Below are positions 10,901-19,067 of a stretch of DNA of 42,303 bases, in pieces (the stretch's first letter is position 1; the number at the start of each line of letters is the position of its first letter). Below the pieces are notes generated by a model. The model was not told the origin of the DNA and made no database searches. It was given only the letters and a program-made list of their open reading frames with translations. Source of the DNA: Bacteroidota bacterium (GTDB taxonomy: Bacteria > Bacteroidota > Bacteroidia > UKL13-3); the NCBI GenBank assembly GCA_040386055.1, contig JAZKGH010000103.1, forward strand, positions 1-42,303, in the 5' to 3' direction. The translations under genes and the position numbers were made by a program.

Positions 10901-13900
10901 TTCAGATGCAGAAAACAAACCATCATCATTATAATCTATCCATACAGAAATAGAACCAGCAGCAGCTGTGGTAACAGAAAGGTTATATGTTAAACTGGTT
11001 CCAACTGTTGTAGTAGTGGAATCTACAGCTGCAAATGTTCTGTAAAAAGGTGTTACAGGTGTTGCAGGTGTATTGTGAAGAGCATTGAAGGTCACATTTT
11101 TTATCAATGTTGTACCTGTTTGCGTTGGAGTGCAATATTGAAAACGAATTTGTCTTGATCCGGTAATTGCTCCGGGTGTAAGTGTTTGTGGTACTCCGGC
11201 AACTGTTACTGAGGCACATTCACCATCAATTGTATTTCCTGTTGCAGCAGTAGCAGAAATATCATACGTAAGCCAGAAATAATTCGATCCGGTATTCAAC
11301 GATTGAACACCAGTAATAGAAAAGGTTAGTGTACCTGGTAAATAAGCAAGAGTAGTGCCGAATTGGGTTGCTGTACTAAAAGTATTTACGCCTCCGCTAT
11401 ACCAGACTTTCATATTTCTGATGTTTGAAGTATCAGTGGTTCCGGTTACATTAAAATCCAATTGTGTCAAGTTAACCGGAGCCCCACTTGCAGATGTAAT
11501 TACTTCCACTTTCAATACCTGATTATTGGAACTTCCCTGTGCTACTTTGCTTATTACACTTTGAGAAAGAACAGTATTTACATAGGTCATTGGAAGACTA
11601 ACAACCAAACTTCCCGATGGGTTACCGACTGTTGGTATGCGATAAGTACCCATTAATTGTATACTATCCAGACGTGCATCAACGATGTGTGCCGTAACTG
11701 CTGATCCGTTTATATCATACACCAGCCAGTAATTGGTGGTATCATTATTCAACAAAGTATCACTTGCTGTAAATACCATTGATCCATTTGGCGACCCTAC
11801 GGTTCCAACAAGTTTGTTAGTATTAAATATTGGTGAATTTCCTGTACTGTAAAGTTTAGCTGATACAATATCTGCCGGGGCACTTGTGCTTGAGGCAGTA
11901 TTAAATACAAATGTAGTAGCCAACGCTGTTCCACATCCCGTCACTACAACAGGTACACGCAGCACCGGCTTATCCATATTTCCTGCAGCTACTGATCCTG
12001 TTTGTTGTATAGCCGTTGAACTTTGATAGACTAATGGATTCTCTACAATTTCGATATCATAATCTTCTGCTTCACCGTATGCCTCTGTGCTGCATGCTGT
12101 TCCCGGTATTCCATTATAAACATCACGTATTCTTAAACGCGTAGTGCCTGCTAATGCTGTACACGGAATGGTAACGGTTGAATGATTCATAATGAGAGAC
12201 GCAGCTGCACTAGCTACCATTTCACTTACATCAAATACACCATCCTGATTGTAATCAATCCAAATCTTAAACCCTTCCGGCCATGCACCAGAACCCTGAT
12301 AATGAATCACAAATGAAGTTGCTTTACTTGCCGTAATTGTTTGTGATTGGTAATAATTATAACTGTTACCGGTATTGTTACATCCCGAACCGAGGACTGA
12401 CACATTGTTAGTTGCTCCGGTAGTACTGAAGTTATTTACAAAGTCTCCATTTGAACACGAAAAAGAATATGTTGGAGGACAATATTCCACCCTGATCTGG
12501 CGACTTCCAGAAGGTGCCGTAACTGTTGGTACATAGGTTGCAGTGTTAATGGTAGTAGATACACACTCGGCATCTACTACATTACCAACCGTAGCCAATG
12601 GATTAATATCATACGTAAGCCAGAAATAATTTGTTCCGTTTGTCAATGCCTGATTGCCTGCAACAGAAAAATTAAGGGAACCTGGTAAATAAGAAAGTGT
12701 TGTTCCAAATTGGGTCGTGGTTGCAAAAGAATTCGTATTTCCGGTATACCAGATTTTCATATTTCGGATATTCGAAGTATCCGTAGTTCCCGTTACATTC
12801 AAATCAAAATTGGTAAGATTAATAGGCGTTCCGGTCGCTGATGTTACTACACGGATTCCAATAATCTGATTATTCACAGAACCCTGCCCCACCTTGTTAA
12901 TATTATTTTGGGTGGTGGTGGAACTCAGATAAGTCATTGGATTTGTAATAAGAACATTACCTGCAGGATTTCCATTTATAGGAGCATATCTGACACCGGA
13001 TATCAATAAACTATCCAGTCTTCCATCCAATACATTCAACAGACCAGCTGATGCACTAACATCATATGTGAGCCAAAAATAGTTAACACCCTTACTCAAA
13101 ACCTGGCTTCCTGTAACATTAAAAGTTCCGTTTGGAGCTGTAACAGGTGAACCAAAAGTTGTAGTTGTAGTAAATGTCGAGCTGGAGCCTGTGTAATATA
13201 TTGCGGCATTAGTTATATCTATTGGATTGGTACTGCCACTGGTATTCAGTTTAAGAGAGGTTAATGTTTTCGGATTCAGATATCCGGAAGTATAAACTCT
13301 TATTCTTAAAACAGTTTGATTTGGTGTTCCCTGTAATACCGAAGTGATGATCTGATCAACGTTTGATGAGTCAAACACAAAATTAACCGGAATAAAATCT
13401 CCTTCATCTGCACCGATATCAGGAGCTAATGCACCTCCGTTTATAGATCCTACCGGACCAGGTCTTGCATGACCATCAACATCCGTAAGAACTGTTGTAG
13501 TTGCCCCTGTTGATTCAAGAGGTGTAGTTGTTCCGGCAGGTATATGTAAATCCGATGCCGAAGTAAAAGGTGCCGCAGTACTAAAAGCCATCGAAACACT
13601 GTCATTATCTCCCGCTGCACTTAATAAGCGGGTGTATGCTCTTAAATTAGTTCCCGGTGTTACCGCTATTGAATTAAAATTAGCCTGCTTATAAAAACCC
13701 GCGGTTGTTGTTCCAACCTGCGCAATTCCTTGCATACTATCATTTGTTCCACAAAAATAGGCGTTGTTATTCAGCGTAAGATTCATTGCAATTGTACCTC
13801 CGGTAGGAAGAAAGATGGAAGTATGTGCAGAAGTGTTATTGCCTCCACTAATCATATTCGAAAAGATATTATTTCTCACATCACATCCCGTTAGTGTTGT

Positions 13901-15388
13901 ACTTGTAAGGCAAAATGCAAAATTTGAGGTTTGATTTGCTGCTGCCCCTGCACCTAAAGTTATGCCCGATAAGTGAACAGTATTATGATAAACTTTATGA
14001 CCTGTCCCCGAACTTATTTTGATACCCGCAATAGGATAAGTTGTACCAAAGCTTCCTACAGACATATCCTGAAGAACATCTGAAACCATGTTGTTTTTAA
14101 ACAAAATATTACTACCTCCTGCCATTAAAATTCCAGTGACACCATAGCTTTGGTTGTTCCTGTTATATACTTTTTTCACAACGTTTCTTTCAATAGTGGC
14201 AGAAGGGGCCGCTGTAACTACATGAATCCCGGTTGGTTGTAGTGTGCTCGAAGGACAATTACCTTCAACATGACTAATGATATTGTTGCTGATGGTATAA
14301 GCCCCCGCTGAATTCAGCAGGTAAATACCTCTTGGAGCATTTGAAGTTGATGCATTTTGTATAATACTTGTAATGCTATTGTTAGCAATATTGATTGTTC
14401 CGGTTCCAATATTAGCCGTTAATTCAATAGCACTTATCGGGGTAGATACATATGAGATTACATTTTTAATCGTGTTGTTACTAACGTTCACTGCATTAAC
14501 ACCTTGCAACACTATCCCCTTAGTATATACTGTAGTTGAAGGAGAGGTAAATGGCGGCACTCCTGAAAGTGTTATTGCCTGATCTCCGATTACATTATTG
14601 GTAACGGTTACACCTGAAGATGACAAAGCACTACTGCCAACAAAAGCAATACCACGTGCACAACTAATAATCGAACAGTTTGTAACAGTAAAATTATTTA
14701 CCGTTGCTCCGGTTGCCATTCCGGCAGTTACACTTGAAATTGCCGTCACAGTAGCCCCTCCATTAGGTCCTGCCATTATACCAAACGTAGTATTCTCCGA
14801 ACCCGCAGCCGATGTTACACCGGCTAGGTTGCGTCCAGCTGCACTACCATTGATAATTACATTTTTGATAACAATACCATTCGCGTCAGTGTAAGGAGCC
14901 GCTACATCTGTAGCAACCCGTATAACTGAGGTAAAAGTAGTTGTAGCCGTAGCCGCATTGGTAAGAGTAAGGTTTCTGTTTATACCTGCTGTAAAAGGAT
15001 TATCACCATCAATGGTTACACTATCCGCTCCGTTTAATTCAATAACTCCACGTCCCTGTACTCCTGTATATCCCACTATAAGTCCATCATTCACCGGACG
15101 TACCAAAACGGTGGTATACAAAGCCGAACCACTTCCGCTGCTGTTTAACAGTGATGTAGCGGGATCAACAAAGCTTGAACTGATATCAACCGTAATATCT
15201 CCCTGATGGGTACCGGCATTAATTGCGCTAAATGCAGAACTTAGAGTTGTATAAGCAGTAGGTCCTGTTGTTCCTGCTGTTGCTGTTACCGAAACCTGTG
15301 CTATCGTTTGATGATGCACCAGAAAAAGTACTCCTAATACAAGTACTGTTCTGCAAACTTCTTTAATTGTCCAAAGACTCTTTTTCAT
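7982..15388 (-). CDS. Giant (2468 aa) T9SS-secreted surface protein: signal peptide, parallel beta-helix region, 3 x (Ig-like module A, Ig-like module B, GEVED-type domain), C-terminal T9SS sorting domain
   Basis: Uninterrupted 7.4 kb ORF, T/S/N/G-rich.
- N-terminal signal peptide: MKKSLWTIKEVCRTVLVLGVLFLVHHQTIAQ.
- PbH1-like repeats: NNTIKNV, NNSITSI, NNIISHV, RNVVKKV, NNMVSDV, NNIFSNM.
- Three domains ending in GEAEDYDIEI, GETQDYTITT and GETEDYNVLI, preceded by WIDYNQDGVF-type loops (GEVED-like).
- Six modules sharing the NYFWLTYDI motif.
- The last ~80 aa (VQYPNPFTKEFSL ... GVYFIKVLLGDQVFNLKLSKLE, nt 7985..8228) look like a type-A Por/T9SS C-terminal domain. Confidence 0.9.
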   Translation of the reverse strand: MKKSLWTIKEVCRTVLVLGVLFLVHHQTIAQVSVTATAGTTGPTAYTTLSSAFSAINAGTHQGDITVDISSSFVDPATSLLNSSGSGSALYTTVLVRPVNDGLIVGYTGVQGRGVIELNGADSVTIDGDNPFTAGINRNLTLTNAATATTTFTSVIRVATDVAAPYTDANGIVIKNVIINGSAAGRNLAGVTSAAGSENTTFGIMAGPNGGATVTAISSVTAGMATGATVNNFTVTNCSIISCARGIAFVGSSALSSSGVTVTNNVIGDQAITLSGVPPFTSPSTTVYTKGIVLQGVNAVNVSNNTIKNVISYVSTPISAIELTANIGTGTINIANNSITSIIQNASTSNAPRGIYLLNSAGAYTISNNIISHVEGNCPSSTLQPTGIHVVTAAPSATIERNVVKKVYNRNNQSYGVTGILMAGGSNILFKNNMVSDVLQDMSVGSFGTTYPIAGIKISSGTGHKVYHNTVHLSGITLGAGAAANQTSNFAFCLTSTTLTGCDVRNNIFSNMISGGNNTSAHTSIFLPTGGTIAMNLTLNNNAYFCGTNDSMQGIAQVGTTTAGFYKQANFNSIAVTPGTNLRAYTRLLSAAGDNDSVSMAFSTAAPFTSASDLHIPAGTTTPLESTGATTTVLTDVDGHARPGPVGSINGGALAPDIGADEGDFIPVNFVFDSSNVDQIITSVLQGTPNQTVLRIRVYTSGYLNPKTLTSLKLNTSGSTNPIDITNAAIYYTGSSSTFTTTTTFGSPVTAPNGTFNVTGSQVLSKGVNYFWLTYDVSASAGLLNVLDGRLDSLLISGVRYAPINGNPAGNVLITNPMTYLSSTTTQNNINKVGQGSVNNQIIGIRVVTSATGTPINLTNFDLNVTGTTDTSNIRNMKIWYTGNTNSFATTTQFGTTLSYLPGSLNFSVAGNQALTNGTNYFWLTYDINPLATVGNVVDAECVSTTINTATYVPTVTAPSGSRQIRVEYCPPTYSFSCSNGDFVNNFSTTGATNNVSVLGSGCNNTGNSYNYYQSQTITASKATSFVIHYQGSGAWPEGFKIWIDYNQDGVFDVSEMVASAAASLIMNHSTVTIPCTALAGTTRLRIRDVYNGIPGTACSTEAYGEAEDYDIEIVENPLVYQSSTAIQQTGSVAAGNMDKPVLRVPVVVTGCGTALATTFVFNTASSTSAPADIVSAKLYSTGNSPIFNTNKLVGTVGSPNGSMVFTASDTLLNNDTTNYWLVYDINGSAVTAHIVDARLDSIQLMGTYRIPTVGNPSGSLVVSLPMTYVNTVLSQSVISKVAQGSSNNQVLKVEVITSASGAPVNLTQLDFNVTGTTDTSNIRNMKVWYSGGVNTFSTATQFGTTLAYLPGTLTFSITGVQSLNTGSNYFWLTYDISATAATGNTIDGECASVTVAGVPQTLTPGAITGSRQIRFQYCTPTQTGTTLIKNVTFNALHNTPATPVTPFYRTFAAVDSTTTTVGTSLTYNLSVTTAAAGSISVWIDYNDDGLFSASEWNQVTTSSTANVASVTPVTIPCSATIGELRMRIRSRSTVPNGGGDACTAFAAGETQDYTITTVNTPVSYSSSTAIQRTGNVVPGSNDNAVLRIPIRINGCGLGSITSVNVNTVGSTSATDIVSAKLYATGNSTVFSTTKQLGSTVFSPSGAFVFTLTDTLLNNDTTNLWLAYDINPGAVFGHVLDARLDSIQINGVYRIPTVGAPAGSLLIDGPMTYLSSSITQSATSKIGQGTSDNHILGIQVVTSAAGSVVNLSQFDFNTNGTTDTSNIRNIKVWYTGASNLFATTTQVGSTLAYLPGSTSFSIIGSQALANGNNYFWLTYDISATATSGNVVDAECLSMIVGGLTQIPTITAPAGSQQIRANYCVPPFTTGCVDGDFVNNFATVGGITNISNLLTGCNPNTNSYIYYPSQTLTVRKGSSLTINYRGSGNWPEGHRVWIDFDQDGVFSPNEEVAGNTPSAAAQTATVVVPLTTLEGTTRMRIRNVYNAQPATSCSSETWGETEDYNVLILPAPAPTTYTWNKTAPDSFNLAANWTPVRTFPNQNDILKFDGGGSVTVLNTMNAIAGQLFVTNNTTVTLSAPSLTTFVVLDSLKLTSGQINTGANVTLSLGKDTVSTGVLTGTGTIQGTFRRWISSTTLASYTFPLAVGTTNRTAIVDYTVIPANAGTLTAMFVSGPTTNGGLPLTQGAITINKIATTGYWSFAATNGLSGGAYTATITAASFIGVVNHTSLVLVKRISTALPWSIPGTHVTTTGSTAIPVLSRIALSDFGDFGIGGDSNVNPLPITLISFNAQKKSDDVLLNWTTTNELNNTGFAIERMSNKNDWKEIGWVDGSGSAMTINKYEFTDELPFVSNPVTLYYRLKQVDLDGTITYSKMISVSPENTDEVSIVQYPNPFTKEFSLIVQSDADGIMQTEIYDQSGKMVWHKELIVAKGSNLLKVTETAELKPGVYFIKVLLGDQVFNLKLSKLE
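9360..13383 (-). repeat. Three tandem, diverged ~1.33-1.36 kb coding super-repeats inside the giant gene (units about 12046..13383, 10716..12045 and 9360..10715)
   Basis: The protein-level order A-B-GEVED recurs three times. At the DNA level compare 12760 catatttcggatattcgaagtatccgtagttcccgttacatt, 11411 catatttctgatgtttgaagtatcagtggttccggttacatt and 10079 gatattccttatattagatgtatcggttgtgccattggtatt. By eye these are roughly 70-80% identical. Unit boundaries are approximate. Confidence 0.8.
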
Positions 15389-15609
15389 GGCTATTTGATA
15401 ATATTAATTTAATTGTTAACCCAGTTGCTTTTATGTATTCAACTGTATTCCAAAGTTTAGCTTTTCGAACAAATGATACTCATAAAGTTTGTCCAAAAAA
15501 TCCCCCATACATTGGTACTCTTTTTATCATTACTGAAAATAATTTCACCTCAAAGCCTGTATAATTAGAATTTTCAATACCTTTATATTTCATAAAATCC
15601 CCTATACAC

Positions 15610-17118
15610 ATGAAAAATACGGTAGATGAAATTATTCAATCATTCACCAAAGAAGAGGTTCGGGAATTCAAATACTATTTGAATAAAAGAAACACCCATA
15701 TTGAACAGCGCGAGGATGTAACGGTGCTTACTATGATTAGAACCGGTAACAGCAATATCAGTAATGTCGCTACTTACCGTAAGACAAAAAACAGACTCAA
15801 GAGACACCTGGAGTACTTTATACAGCTTGAAAACATTAAGCACAACAATGTATCCAGGATTCACAATATGGTTGAAGTTGCATCCTATCTTTTCGGCAAA
15901 AATTTGTACAATCATGCCTGGGACTATCTTATCAAAGCAGAGAAATTAGCCCTGGATGATGAGCAATATGAACTGCTTGATTCTATCTATCATATTCAGA
16001 TATTGTATTCGTATAATATAGCCGTTCCACCACCTAAAGGTTTCTCCGTGCTGAACCTGTTGGACAAAAGAGAAAAAAATCTCACATACACTAAAACTAA
16101 TAGTAATGCCAATGCCGCGTATGCATTGCTTATTCACGAAATGAGGGAGCTTTTCTCCAAACAGCTGGATGCTGATATTGACCAATTGGTAAACAGCATT
16201 TTAGAGCGTTATGAACTTAGCGACAAGCTATCTTATGACAACCTAAGTATCTACTGTAAAACGGTAAATATCATGTGTCGCGCGCTTCGTGAAAAACGGG
16301 ACTATAACAAAATGAAATCGTATTCCATTAATAGCTATGAGTTATTGAAGAAAAAACGACTGCTTGATAAAATTCCGATCACCTTTTTGATGGATTTGCT
16401 TGATGCAATCGGAGTTGCAACTCTACGGTCAAAGGATTATAAAAATGCTCAAAAATATCAGGATCTGTATACGTTTTATGCAAAAAAATTCCAATCTCAG
16501 ATTGATGATCATTCCTATTACGATTTTATTCCATACGTAGGTGACACCGATCTTTATTTGTGTACCAACCGCTTAGCAGAAGCCCGGAGCCGCATGGCAT
16601 TCGTCTACAAAAAATACGCTACTTACACCGAGTCTATCCGTATCTATTTTTTACTGAGAATTAATTTGCTGGCCACATACTTTTCAGGCAAGGAGTATAA
16701 AAACTGTATTAAAATATATAACGAGATCATGAGTCAAAATGAGAAAAGCATTTTGAATGAGCGTGGATTCAGGCTCGAGTTGATGTTATATACTGAGTTG
16801 TATGGAGCAATATTTGCTTATGAAAACAAAGATCTGGAACATGCTTATTACATATTGTCGCGCATCAAAAGAAAATATGCTGCAGTACTAAAGAGGCAGG
16901 GTTCGAAACGAGAATCTCTTTTTGTTCGTATCCTCGAGCGCATTCTTACGGATACAAAATACCTGAAGTCAAATGCATTTATTTATGATCACAATGAGTT
17001 TGTACAGATGAAAGAATTCATACCTGGCGATTATGAATACATAAGTTTTAATGCATGGCTTAGCTCTAAGCTTGGTGCTAAAAGTTATTATGACTGTTTT
17101 CTAGATATTGTGCGTTGA
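15610..17118 (+). CDS. Hypothetical all-helical (TPR-like) protein of unknown function
   Basis: 502-aa ORF with normal coding composition, K/E/Y/L-rich, no TM segment and no catalytic motif I recognise. The N-terminus FTKEEVREFKYYLNKRN resembles a recurring uncharacterised Bacteroidota family (pattern S-K-x-E-x-R-x-F-K-x-Y). That resemblance is from memory only. Confidence 0.6.
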   Translation: MKNTVDEIIQSFTKEEVREFKYYLNKRNTHIEQREDVTVLTMIRTGNSNISNVATYRKTKNRLKRHLEYFIQLENIKHNNVSRIHNMVEVASYLFGKNLYNHAWDYLIKAEKLALDDEQYELLDSIYHIQILYSYNIAVPPPKGFSVLNLLDKREKNLTYTKTNSNANAAYALLIHEMRELFSKQLDADIDQLVNSILERYELSDKLSYDNLSIYCKTVNIMCRALREKRDYNKMKSYSINSYELLKKKRLLDKIPITFLMDLLDAIGVATLRSKDYKNAQKYQDLYTFYAKKFQSQIDDHSYYDFIPYVGDTDLYLCTNRLAEARSRMAFVYKKYATYTESIRIYFLLRINLLATYFSGKEYKNCIKIYNEIMSQNEKSILNERGFRLELMLYTELYGAIFAYENKDLEHAYYILSRIKRKYAAVLKRQGSKRESLFVRILERILTDTKYLKSNAFIYDHNEFVQMKEFIPGDYEYISFNAWLSSKLGAKSYYDCFLDIVR

Positions 17119-17186
17119 GCATTAAATTATAACTGCGTCAAATGCCACTACTTTTGGAGTACGATTTTAGATATTCCGTATTTTGC

Positions 17187-17894
17187 TCATTCCTCCCGAT
17201 TACTATCGGGGCGCGCTTTCTTCGGCTTTCCCGCAACCACCATCACAATTTCCCCTTTAACAGGCTTCGCCTCAAAATGTGCTATCAATTCATCCACGGT
17301 TCCATTTACTGTTTCTTCAAACATCTTAGTCAACTCTCGTGAAACAGATGCCTGTCTGTTGCCACCAAAAAATTCCTTCAACTGGTGTAAACATTTCACC
17401 AAGCGGTGTGGCGATTCATACAAAATGATGGTACGCTCTTCTTCAGCTAGTTTTTTCAGCATTGTTTGACGGCCTTTTTTCTCGGGTAAAAATCCTTCGA
17501 AACAAAAACTATCGCTTGGTAAACCACTTTTTACTAAAGCTGGAACAAAGGCTGTTGCTCCCGGTAAACATTCAATATGAATATTGTTACGCAAGCATTC
17601 TCTTACCAGTAAAAATCCAGGATCACTTATTGCGGGCGTTCCTGCATCACTCACCAAAGCCAGATTTTTTCCATTTTCAAGCATCGTCACAAACCGCTGC
17701 AATTCCCGGTGCTCATTATGCATGTGGTAGGGAATCAGTGTTTTTTCAATTTCATAATGTTTTAGTAACTTTATCGATTGACGGGTGTCTTCGGCAAGAA
17801 TCGCATCTACTTCTTTGAGAATGCGCAATGCCCTGAGTGTAATATCCTCAAGGTTTCCGATGGGTGTAGGGACTAAATATAACTGGCCTGCCAT
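17187..17894 (-). CDS. rsmI: 16S rRNA (cytidine1402-2'-O)-methyltransferase
   Basis: MAGQLYLVPTPIGNLEDITLRALRILKEVDAILAEDTRQS ... LVSDAGTPAISDPG ... ILYESPHRL is the classic RsmI/tetrapyrrole-methylase-like signature. The ORF track begins at 17936. I chose the ATG at 17894 (MAGQLYLV) as the likelier start. Confidence 0.85.
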   Translation of the reverse strand: MAGQLYLVPTPIGNLEDITLRALRILKEVDAILAEDTRQSIKLLKHYEIEKTLIPYHMHNEHRELQRFVTMLENGKNLALVSDAGTPAISDPGFLLVRECLRNNIHIECLPGATAFVPALVKSGLPSDSFCFEGFLPEKKGRQTMLKKLAEEERTIILYESPHRLVKCLHQLKEFFGGNRQASVSRELTKMFEETVNGTVDELIAHFEAKPVKGEIVMVVAGKPKKARPDSNREE

Positions 17895-18027
17895 GGGTGC
17901 AAGATAAGGGCAAATAGCCACTTGCCATACATTCAACTCCCGGTAATATTAAGCATTAGTTATAATTTCGTTTTTTTTACGCATTAAATTTTTAATTTGC
18001 ACCCACTTTTAAAACACATAACAGATT

Positions 18028-18408
18028 ATGAATTTTCCTGAAACACTGGTTTACACCAAAGATCACGAGTGGGTTCGCGTAGAAGGCGATACAGCTTACG
18101 TAGGTATTACTGATTTCGCTCAACACGAATTGGGTGATATCGTTTATGTAGATATCAATTCGGTTGGCAAAACTGTTAGCCAGCACGATGTATTTGGTAC
18201 TGTTGAGGCGGTGAAAACTGTTTCTGACCTGTTTATGCCGATAAGTGGTGAAGTGTTGGAAATGAATAACAAATTGGATAGTGCTCCGGAATTGGTAAAC
18301 AGTGATCCTTACGGTGACGGATGGATGGTGAAACTCAAAATCACCAATGCTTCTGAAGTTGCTGGTTTGATGAACGCTGCAGATTATAAAACATTGATTA
18401 ACGCATAA
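18028..18408 (+). CDS. gcvH: Glycine cleavage system protein H
   Basis: 126 aa. [34 protein letters not shown] ... [18 protein letters not shown] (lipoyl-lysine motif) ... DPYGDGWM. Confidence 0.95.
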   Translation: MNFPETLVYTKDHEWVRVEGDTAYVGITDFAQHELGDIVYVDINSVGKTVSQHDVFGTVEAVKTVSDLFMPISGEVLEMNNKLDSAPELVNSDPYGDGWMVKLKITNASEVAGLMNAADYKTLINA

Positions 18409-18430
18409 GCAAAACTATATTTACCTAAAG

Positions 18431-18459
18431 AGGAACTGCATAACACAGTTCCTTTTTTT
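18431..18459 (+). terminator. Rho-independent terminator after gcvH
   Basis: Perfect 8-bp stem aggaactg (18431-18438) / cagttcct (18446-18453), a 7-nt loop, then a T6 run (18454-18459). Confidence 0.8.
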
Positions 18460-18482
18460 GTGTCCTTAAATCTTTTATCACA

Positions 18483-19013
18483 ATGAAAAGACTACTGATT
18501 GTTTTTACTTTATGCTGCTCTATACATAGCTATGCACAGCAAATATTCCCTACACTCAACTGCGAAACATTAGCGGATAAAACGCTGGTGATTCCCAATG
18601 ACGTAAAAGGAAAACGTTCGGTGATAGGCCTGGCCATGTCACCCAAAGCAGAAAAGACTTTGCGTGGATGGAACAATCCATTGTATACCGCATTGTTTGC
18701 AGAAGGTGTGGGTGGATTAATGGGTGGAAGAATGTATGATGCCAACTTGTGTTTTGTTGGTATGCTCAGAGGCATTGCCAAACTTGGATTGGCAGAGGCC
18801 AAAAAACAATCGAAAAAAGAGGTTGAGAAAAAATTGCATCCCAATTTTATGGTAAGTGAGGATGATGTAAATACCCTTATGAAGAACCTAAATATAACAG
18901 ATGTAAAAGAACCTCACTTTTTTGTGCTGGATGCCGAAGGAAAAGTAATATATCACACCCAGGGTGAATACAGCGAACAAAAGCTGAATGAGCTCACGGA
19001 GAAATTGCTGTAA
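18483..19013 (+). CDS. Secreted or lipoprotein hypothetical, thioredoxin-fold-like without a CxxC motif
   Basis: Signal peptide MKRLLIVFTLCCSIHSYAQ. The C-terminal FFVLDAEGKVIYHTQGEYSEQKLNELTEKL resembles the end of TlpA/AhpC-like folds, but no CxxC is present. Confidence 0.55.
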   Translation: MKRLLIVFTLCCSIHSYAQQIFPTLNCETLADKTLVIPNDVKGKRSVIGLAMSPKAEKTLRGWNNPLYTALFAEGVGGLMGGRMYDANLCFVGMLRGIAKLGLAEAKKQSKKEVEKKLHPNFMVSEDDVNTLMKNLNITDVKEPHFFVLDAEGKVIYHTQGEYSEQKLNELTEKLL

Positions 19014-19020
19014 AACAAAA

Positions 19021-19050
19021 ATGCCCGACTGTTTAGCCGGGCATTTTTTA
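19021..19050. terminator. Hairpin terminator between convergent genes, probably bidirectional
   Basis: Stem atgcccg (19021-19027) / cgggcat (19038-19044). It is followed by TTTTTT on the + strand and preceded by an A-rich run (aaaacaaaa), which gives a U-tract for the minus-strand transcript. Confidence 0.6.
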
Positions 19051-19067
19051 TATCTTTTAAAAACGGA

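Noticed and set aside
9360-13383. Whether the periodic repeats could be a CRISPR array or a non-coding tandem repeat
   Set aside because: The period is about 1.34 kb, not 25-40 nt repeats with spacers. The repeats are fully in frame within a protein-coding ORF, and there are no cas genes.
8358-15206. Plus-strand ORFs inside the giant gene (8358..8714, 10377..10697, 11462..11656, 14373..14582, 14598..14894, 14958..15206) and the minus out-of-frame ORF 10983..11219
   Set aside because: They lie antisense or out of frame to a 7.4 kb uninterrupted ORF with clear domain structure. Their translations have no motifs, and their composition simply mirrors the T/S/N/G-rich codons of the real gene.
17142-17342. 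Plus-strand ORF 17142..17342, and a weak hairpin (cccga..tcggg at about 17199-17216) as a terminator for the 502-aa gene
   Set aside because: The ORF is antisense to the rsmI 3' end. The hairpin stem is only 5-6 bp, has no U-tract and lies inside the rsmI coding tail, so I did not call it a terminator.
17937-18027. Glycine riboswitch upstream of gcvH
   Set aside because: The spacer is only 91 nt and shared with the divergent rsmI promoter. That is too short for a tandem glycine aptamer, and I see no conserved aptamer core. It has only a near-consensus -7 box (ttaatttg, about 17990-18000).
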